Assembly: GCA_951406725.2 (NCBI GenBank)
Contig: OX597818.1
Coordinates: forward strand, 92,132,001-92,196,000
DNA length: 64,000 nt
From: Octopus vulgaris
Lineage: Eukaryota
Direction of reading: 5' to 3'
In this document: positions 53,620 through 64,000 of the stretch, piece by piece
Layout: each line of letters opens with the position of its first letter
Numbering within the stretch: position 1 is the stretch's first letter
The notes under the pieces: model-generated
Databases searched by the model: none
Seen by the model: only the letters and a program-made list of their open reading frames with translations
What the model was told of the DNA's origin: nothing
Translations under genes and position numbers: made by a program

Positions 53620-54100
53620 TGGAGTCCGAGCAGCGCCCACGTTATTTTCATGAAGAACCGTCAACTCGACTAGATTTACCACTATTTTTTCTACATGCCA
53701 TATGATACCTGGTTTTTGTATGTATTGGTAGATAGATAGACCACGGAGTAGCTCCCTCCAAAGATACAATGACCAACTGAAAGCAACATTAAAAGCTACT
53801 GGAACTGAGCCTAAATCTTTTGAAACACAAGCCTGAGACCGTACCAAGTGGCGGTGCTCCATCACCAACGGATCCAAAAACTTCGAAGCTATCACAAGAG
53901 AAAGGGAAGAAATCAAACGAGAAGAGGGAAAGGTTATCAAAATCAACCTTGTCCTACACCAACATTATTATGCTGTCAAAGCCATCGACTCTTTTATGCA
54001 AGAATTGGTCTACAGAGCCATCATCGCCATCAAAATAAAAGGAGCTCTTAACAAAGAAGAAACTAAATTCTCAGATACAAGATAAAGCAGACTACAACGG
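53620..54100 (+). pseudogene. 3' fragment of an RTE-clade LINE
   Basis: LQRYNDQLKATLKATG...A*DRTKWR and a terminal C2H2-like stretch CP...C...FYARIGLQSHHR. Confidence 0.7.
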
Positions 54101-54132
54101 TAGATTTATATATATATATGTATGTATGTATG

Positions 54133-54165
<33 letters not shown>

Positions 54166-54441
54166 ATATATATTCCTCGAGGAAAAATGTACGCAGGTGA
54201 ATGCGTAGGTGTATACGTGTGTGTATGTGGGTGCGCATGCGTGTGCTTATTTACGCAAATTAAAGCCCAAGGTTATGTTTAACTTCGCTTGACCATACGC
54301 ATCAGCGGGTTGGGAACAAATACTAATATTTGTCTGTATAACTAAACGATTCCTGAATTTACGACTGTTGGTCAATTTTTATGTCTTCGTATCACTGCAC
54401 AAACGCTGTGTATAAATATATATTAACATTATAAGTAGGTT

Positions 54442-54523
<82 letters not shown>

Positions 54524-54550
54524 CAGACATATAGACAGACAGATAGATAG

Positions 54551-54940
54551 GCGCAGGAGTGGATGTGTGGTAAGAAGGTGGCGAGCTGGCAGAAACATTA
54601 GTACGCCGGTCGAAACACTTTGCGGTATTACGCCTGCCGTTACGTTCTGAGTTCAAATCCGCCGAGGTCGACTTTACCTTTCATCCTTTCGGGATCGATA
54701 AATTAAGTACCATTTACGCACTGGGGTCGATGTAATCGACTTAATACCTTTGCCTGTCCTTGTTTGTCCCCTCTATGTTTAGCCCCTTGTGATCAATAAA
54801 GAAATAAGAAGCTGGCTTCCCAGCCACATGGTTCGGGGTTCACTCCCACTGCGTGGCATCTTGGGCAAGTGACTTCTGCTAGAATTTCGAGACACCCTTG
54901 CGAGTGGATTTAGTAGACGGAAACTGAAAGGAGCCTGTCG
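54551..54940 (+). mobile_element. SINE B nested in the head of a SINE A-like element
   Basis: Direct repeat taagaag at 54572-54578 and 54805-54811 flanks the SINE B copy. Confidence 0.75.
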
Positions 54941-55954
54941 TGTATATACAGATGTGTGTTTACGTGTATATATAGATGTGCGTGTACGAGTGTATACGTG
55001 TAAATGTGCATACGTATATGCGTATATGCATGTATTTATGGGTATACGTGTGATAGGCATCCAATATCGGCGTATATGTATATACGTATGCGTGTATATA
55101 TATGTATGTATACGCAGGCCTATATAATAATGCATACATACACACATATATGTAGATACATGCGCGGGTGCGTGTATCGATATACACTTTTTTCCTTCTT
55201 TCTTTCTCTCTGGTTCCTCTACTCACACTATCACATTAGCCAGTAGAATAAGCACATTTATAAAAACTTGACCATTCTTAATATTCTTCCCTTCCGTTCT
55301 GTGGCTTACTACTCACTTTAGAAAACCTACCTCCTATACCTTTTTACTGTATCCATCCCTTAGTGCCATTCTAACATCACCCCCACCTCACATACCTCGC
55401 ATACATCATTACTTACATTCTTATCTCTTCCTACTCGTCCCCTACTCCTCTCCCATCCCTCCTCATAATAACTTGATCACCAACTAACACACCTTTTCCA
55501 TATTTTTCCACTTGCACTTTTTTCATTTTGTCTTCCCCTTTCCTTCTTTTTTCTCAGCTTTTCCCTTGACCTCTCTCTTCATTTTAAGATACACATCACT
55601 TCTCCCCTCTCTATCCACTAAATACTACCACTATATCCTCAAATTTTCATTCACACCACAAGACACCTTTGAATGAACAGCACATGGAATCTACGTCTCC
55701 ACACTTTCCGTTTGTGATGACAAAATATGAACTCCTATTGGAATTTACATACCACGGTCAAGTAGCATTCCTAATACTTCTACACACCCCTTTCCTTGGA
55801 TAATGGAACTGCGACTATAACATCTTTATATATTTATATTTTATTTCTACATACATTCTCCTGTTTCTCTATATACTCCTTATTTGCTTCCTTTTCCAAA
55901 ATAACTCCTTATATTGAACTCTACTATTTCCCTCTATTCAACCATCTCACATCA

Positions 55955-55999
55955 TCTCTGATGTAGGGATACCCGTAGTTCCCAGAAACAGTTGTAAGA
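55955..55999 (+). ncRNA. Degenerate hammerhead in a pyrimidine-rich PLE-like 3' region (about 55250-56075)
   Basis: ucu CUGAUGU aggga...uccc a GAAA caguug UA aga. A second decayed motif lies at about 56190-56274 on the minus strand (CCGAUGA gauuca...ugaauc AAAA cagcug UC). Confidence 0.45.
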
Positions 56000-56081
56000 C
56001 TAATTTTATCTATATAAATGTCCTGAAAATTCCATACAGCCTTGGCTTTGTTGTCTCATTTTATTTAACGCACAAATACAA

Positions 56082-56127
<46 letters not shown>

Positions 56128-56370
56128 AAAGAAAATAGAGATAAATTAATAATTATTCATTATGTACAAAATTTTCATTATGTACATCATCTCTGACAGC
56201 TGTTTTGATTCAAAACTTCAGAAATTAATTAGGATATTTAAGAACATTTTAAAGCTGAATCTCATCGGTGATTGAAAAAGATATACCATTACATTTTCAT
56301 ATTATTGTGTGCTGAGTGTACAGAGCAAATCATATACACACATACATACATACATACATACATACATACA

Positions 56371-56402
<32 letters not shown>

Positions 56403-56410
56403 ATATATAT

Positions 56411-56441
<31 letters not shown>

Positions 56442-56703
56442 AATAAATATACAGTCAGTCAGTCAACAGATAAGGTTTAGACGTTCAATATAGGGAACAC
56501 CTAGTACTGCTCAAATTATTTAGACTTTAACTCTGAAATCATTATCGAGGATTAGGCCCACGGGGCAACGTGGGGTTACCAGAAGAATCCAGGTGAGCTG
56601 ATATGGAGCTAGTGATAAAGATGAACACGAATAAGCTTGATATAAATAAATATACATACATATATATCTATACACATATAGAAATTTATAGATACATATA
56701 GGA

Positions 56704-56753
<50 letters not shown>

Positions 56754-56830
56754 TCAAAACTAAATATATTCAGAAGATAAAGATACAGGTACAAGCATGT
56801 AGACGCACACACATACATACATACATACAC

Positions 56831-56908
<78 letters not shown>

Positions 56909-57265
56909 ATATATGTATATATGTATGTATATATATATTGACAAATAAATTTCTTTATCAAGTTAAGAAAACCGTGCATTCTTCCCTAAGGTTCTCTATT
57001 TTTCCTAATCCATCTAAAAGTAAATTTCTTTGTCAATATATAATTAAAAACCTACATTCTTGTACATAGTTGTTTATCCCCTGCATATATTTAGATGTTG
57101 CATGTCTATACACTTTTCTACTTTTACACTTTTACACTTTTACAGTCGCTCAAATGTAGACAATATAGAAGAAGACCATATTAACTATCTTTCTATCTAT
57201 CTACCTACTTATCTATCAATCTCTCTCTCTCTCTCTCTCTCTCTCTATGTATGTGTGTGTGTGTG

Positions 57266-57302
<37 letters not shown>

Positions 57303-57521
57303 ATGTCTGGGAAGAGTCATTCTCTTTTGGAGCCTTATCATTTAACACACTCACCGGTAAAGTTTCTACTCATTTACTTATTTATTTAGCGGTGAGTGTG
57401 TTAAATAATAAGGCACTAACAGAGAATGACTCCCCCCAGACACAACAAAATATGTTTAAACACACTAAATCACATAAAGAATCTTGCAAACCAAATCCCA
57501 AAATGACATATATACATAATC

Positions 57522-57558
<37 letters not shown>

Positions 57559-57909
57559 ATCAAAATAAGCAACAGGATATCCAGAGGTAATGCAATACGA
57601 TCGTTTAAAGCGACTCCATTTAATTGCACAATGCAAACATTATATCAATTTAAATGCAGAGCAATCCTCAGTTGCATAAATACATAGAATTAAATTAAAA
57701 CAGATAGACACATTTGTATAATTATACCTAAAAACCCCAAGAAAGTAAAGAGATAGACAAAGAACATGCTGTCTTCACTTCAGCTTAGAAGCTACTAAGG
57801 TATCAGGAAGAAAGACTTGTTAGAGATCTAGCTTACCTCCAAAAAACAGTGACAAGCTAGACCTCTAACAAGTCTTTCCACGGTATTGTGGACCGTTCTT
57901 GCCCATGAT

Positions 57910-58018
57910 ACTACGCTGTGGGTACGAACGCGGAATCAATGATAAGAAATTTGCCTCCTAACAATATGATTCCGCGTTCGTACCCACAGCGTAGTGTTAG
58001 GAGGCAAATTTCTTATCA
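57910..58018. repeat. Interleaved inverted repeats A-B-A'-B'
   Basis: A 57910-57938 pairs with A' 57967-57995 (29 bp) and B 57940-57963 pairs with B' 57995-58018 (24 bp); both are perfect. Confidence 0.9.
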
Positions 58019-58027
58019 CATTGCCAC

Positions 58028-58134
<107 letters not shown>

Positions 58135-58210
58135 CATGCATACATACATACATACATACATACATACATACATACATACATACATACATACATACATACA
58201 TACATACATA

Positions 58211-58856
58211 CAGGGTGGCCATAAAGTTACGCATCATCATGCAATATGTGAAATCGCTAACATTCTCTTTTTTAATCCCTTTTCACAAGTGTCGATATTA
58301 CTCACAAATCAATCCTCATTGGATGGAGGCAGATAATCATCAGGAGGGGGGGCAAGGTATTGGTGTGGTATGGGATATGGCACAACCAAGTAATTCGGTC
58401 AGTATCCGCACATGCTTGGCAACAAAATGATGCTTCATGTATATTTATTTGGAAGTGGAAATCCTGTCTGGTTTCAGCAGGATGGGGATCTGTCCCACTG
58501 TGCATTACAGGTTCGTGATTTTCTGAATGAACATTTTCCAGAGAGATGGCTCGAGCATCGCGGGCCAATAGAAAGAGCACTACAGTTAGCAAACTTAACT
58601 CACATGAACTATTTCTTCTGGGGCTACATTAAATCCTTTGTGTGTTCTGAAAATATTCGTGACCAAGAAAATCCTCTTGAAGCGTGCCAATAAGTCAACG
58701 GCAATGAAGAGCTATTTGAGAGGGTCCTTCGCAATTTCATATTCTGAATGAACACTTGTTTAAAGCTACGTGGCCAACATTTGTAATGGATTACCTACTT
58801 CATTACTAATAAAACATATTTGATATCACCCATGGGACGTGACTTTGTGGACATCG

Positions 58857-58860
<4 letters not shown>
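58211..58860 (+). mobile_element. Tc1/mariner-superfamily remnant (maT/rosa-like)
   Basis: Starts with TA plus cagggtggcc; ORF 58412-58693 reads WFQQDG..H....VRDFLNEHFPERW...YFFWGYIKSFV. Confidence 0.75.
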
Positions 58861-58921
<61 letters not shown>

Positions 58922-60291
58922 CCTCGCTGTTTTACGTTCACGTGATAATATATTATTTCATCTAATGCTGTAAACAATTCTTCCAGTCCACTACCTTGGA
59001 CTAGCACTGTATATATTAACACCGAAAAAATGAAAAGTAAATTTGTTCCCTTTGAGTTTGAACTCAGAACGCTGATTATTGAATATGAATACCGTAAATC
59101 ATTTTATCCTTAACGACTATACCACTTAACGACTGTGAAGTTTATATATTATCTCGCATATAATCCAAGACATTGCTACAATCCACTTCGCTATAAATAG
59201 GTTTCATTGTGGATACCGTCAACTAAGACGGATACATTCCACTTGACTCTGCTTAAGTACGATAGAATGATGATGATGGGGAGGATGAGGTTGAGGATGA
59301 GAATGAGGATGATAGCTGGGTCTCTGGATATATGTCTTTACTAAGAACTGAACATCATCACCATCAGTATCATCATCCATCTTTCCTGCTTGCATGAGTC
59401 AGACGGAATTCGTTGAGGCTGATTTTCTATGAACGGAGGCCAATGTTACCAGTTTCCAAACAAGGCAATGTTTCCCTTCAGCTATACATGTCTTCACAGA
59501 AAATTGAGAATAAACAACGCCGTCTGTATGGCGGTGAGTCTTGTTTACAACTGCCGCGCGATGTCATAAAGAAACGCAAACACACATACGCGTGTACATT
59601 ATTATAATTTGCAAATCACCAAACGTAATAAGTTTTTATGCTTTTTCGCTATTTGAATTTAAAATCAGACCAGATTAATGTATCGTTAACATCTCACCAC
59701 GATCACTAAAATATGTGCTCTATCTACGTAATGGTTTCAGTTTAATTTCACTATATTAAACACGCTTCTCACATTACATGCCTTGTGCTTTGTGCTTAAG
59801 TGGGAATTAATATACAAGCGAGAGCATACTCCTAACACAAATAAACAGAATAAATGTGAAATGTGTCAGACCAGCATCGCTTACAGCAGATCTCAACAAG
59901 ATTTTTTGTAAAAATGCTGACGTTGTTTCACAAGATATTCGCATTAATTTAGGTTGTAAACAAAAATATGGTGGAATTGGAGTGAGGTCAAAGATAAATA
60001 GAACTTTATCTTAAACATTGAAGAATTATGTATCAATTTTCTGCAAATGAGGATTGTCACAAATAAACACATACGCACAATTAGACAGTCTTGTGAGCTC
60101 GCCTAAAATGTGTGTGTGTGTGTGCATGTATGTGTACGTGCGTGTACACGTATGTTATACATTATATATACACGAGTATGGACAGACAGACAAGCAGGCA
60201 GACAATCAATCAGTCAGACAGTCAGACAGACAGACAGACAGACAGATAGATAGACACATACATACATACATACATACATAGACAGACAGAG

Positions 60292-60370
<79 letters not shown>

Positions 60371-60391
60371 CAGACAAATAGACAGATAAAC

Positions 60392-60468
<77 letters not shown>

Positions 60469-60684
60469 TTTCACGCCAGTGCGACCATCAAACGTGAAAC
60501 ACGAGTCGCAAGACTGTTAACACTATCGTATGAGGGAAAAGCTATGTGGTGATTTGACCGTCTAAAAATAGCAACCAAATCACACTTGTATTTTTGACCT
60601 TTAAAAATGTGATGGACACTTTGATTTATAATGTTATGATGTATTGTTTGAAAATAACTGACTAAGTGGTCCTGACTGGTTTGC

Positions 60685-61012
60685 CTTTACTCTTTTACTT
60701 GTTTCAGTCATTTGACTCCGGTCATGCTGGAGCACCGCCTTTAGTCGAAAAAATCGACCCCAGGACTTGTTCTTTGTAAGCCTAGTACTTATTCTATCGG
60801 CCTCTTTAGCCGAACCGTTAAGTTACGGGTACTAAACACACCAGCATCGGTTGTCAAGCGATCCATTCACAATCCGTCTATCAAATCCACTCACAAGGCT
60901 TTGGCGGGCCCGAGGCTATAGTAGAGGACACTGGCCCAAGGTACCACGCAATGGAACTGAACCCGGAACTATGTGGTTGGTAAGCAAGTTACTTACCACA
61001 GAGCCACTCCTG
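60685..61012 (-). mobile_element. SINE family A lacking the internal microsatellite
   Basis: Tail, body and head match family A. Confidence 0.8.
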
Positions 61013-61193
61013 GGCCTGCAGGAGTGGCTTTGGTCATAAATCTAGATCAAGCTTGATGACACATACACATACACACGAATACATGCACATTCATACACAC
61101 ATGCATACACACACATACAATGATATTGACAGAGCCATACAGATACTCACAACCGTAGACAGAATCACACTCACATACACACTAACACACAGG

Positions 61194-61244
<51 letters not shown>

Positions 61245-61360
61245 CGTACTCGTATATTTTGGGGGATTTTCTGCGAGAAAATATTTTTGTAGCAACTTCT
61301 AGAGATATTATTTACGTTATTTACAATTGACGGATATTTGTCCTCATCTTGTTTGTTCTT

Positions 61361-61406
61361 AACACAACGTTTCGGCTGATATACCCTCCAGTCTTCATCA
61401 GGTGTC
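61361..61406 (-). ncRNA. Minimal type I hammerhead (canonical core) in an (AAT)n-anchored repeat (about 61295-61455)
   Basis: Reverse complement: gacac CUGAUGA a gacug-gaggguauau-cagcc GAAA cg UU guguu; same family as 14765-14905. Confidence 0.7.
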
Positions 61407-61484
61407 TTGGGAAATTTCGAACCTGGGTTCTCATTCCTAAGGTATTTTTCGATATTGTCATTATTATTATTCACGTCACTGCCA

Positions 61485-63211
<1,727 letters not shown>

Positions 63212-63212
63212 C

Positions 63213-63360
<148 letters not shown>

Positions 63361-63370
63361 GTAATAATAA

Positions 63371-63930
63371 ATGCCCTGATGCAGTAACAGACAGTGGCTC
63401 TCATGGCTTCTAATCTTAACTGATTGGAAGTGTTATCATGTACACTGTTTTGTCTTGGTTTTAAAGATGGGCTACAGCAAATATTCTGCTCAATACCACA
63501 GATTTGCTTGTCAGTTGTTTGACCGTAACCAGTTGAGAGCATGTCCCTTAGTGGCTGACGATATGTGCATCTCTGATCACGAGCAGAAGTAGTGGGCGAG
63601 TATCATAGCCGTGTGTTGAAAGGGATTTTTGGGGGTTTGAATAATTCACCTCTGGAAACATGGGTGGTTCGTTCAACATCCTTAAACAATCCTTATTCAG
63701 GGACCTGTTGAGCGGGATAGGCTACTCGACCAGAATAAAATTCTAACTGGGGCCCACCTGCAAGGTCATGTGCTGTTTATCTTGATATGAGATCACCATG
63801 TCGCGCACATATGGTTGCGATGCATGTTCCTTGTGTACCCTTAGCAAACGGGTAGTCATGATAGGTATATTGGGCTTCGTATATTTTATCCCAGTGCCAC
63901 TTTAATGACATACACGGCTCTCTCACTCAA
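63371..63930. mobile_element. Non-coding element of about 560 bp bounded by (AAT)n on both sides
   Basis: Complex sequence with sharp borders inside a TAA tract; family not identified. Confidence 0.4.
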
Positions 63931-64000
63931 TAATAATGAAAAATAATAATAATAATAATAATAATAATGATGATGATGATGATGACGATAACATCGAAAA

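Noticed and set aside
57800-57906. Hammerhead-like layout on the minus strand (acgg/ccgt, GAAA, long stem, UU)
   Set aside because: No CUGANGA-type core or valid 3:8 variant upstream; kept only as a hairpin.

Overview
AT-rich eukaryotic non-genic (intronic or intergenic) DNA saturated with microsatellites and transposable elements. The SINE families and repeat landscape point to an octopus (coleoid cephalopod) genome; this is an inference from recalled repeat sequences. No host protein-coding exon could be supported, and nearly all listed ORFs are microsatellite artefacts. Real coding remnants are all mobile: Penelope-like retroelements (PLE; RT and GIY-YIG), an open 3' half of an R4/Dong element sitting in (TAA)n, L1/Tx1 and RTE fragments, and four Tc1/mariner remnants. 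There are also Merlin-like and pogo-like MITEs, a Helitron 3' end and many tRNA-derived SINEs. The main signal is a set of type I hammerhead ribozyme (HHR) motifs from several unrelated PLE-terminus families, whose catalytic core shows three alternative Watson-Crick pairs at positions 3:8 (C-G, U-A, G-C) plus a recurrent A6U variant. Many of these termini form stereotyped asymmetric fold-backs, mostly in (TA)n tracts, with arms up to about 1.2 kb and a dense cluster at 35-50 kb. Templated inverted copies of neighbouring DNA and an interleaved A-B-A'-B' inverted repeat were also seen. All alignments were done by eye, so coordinates are approximate to a few bases.
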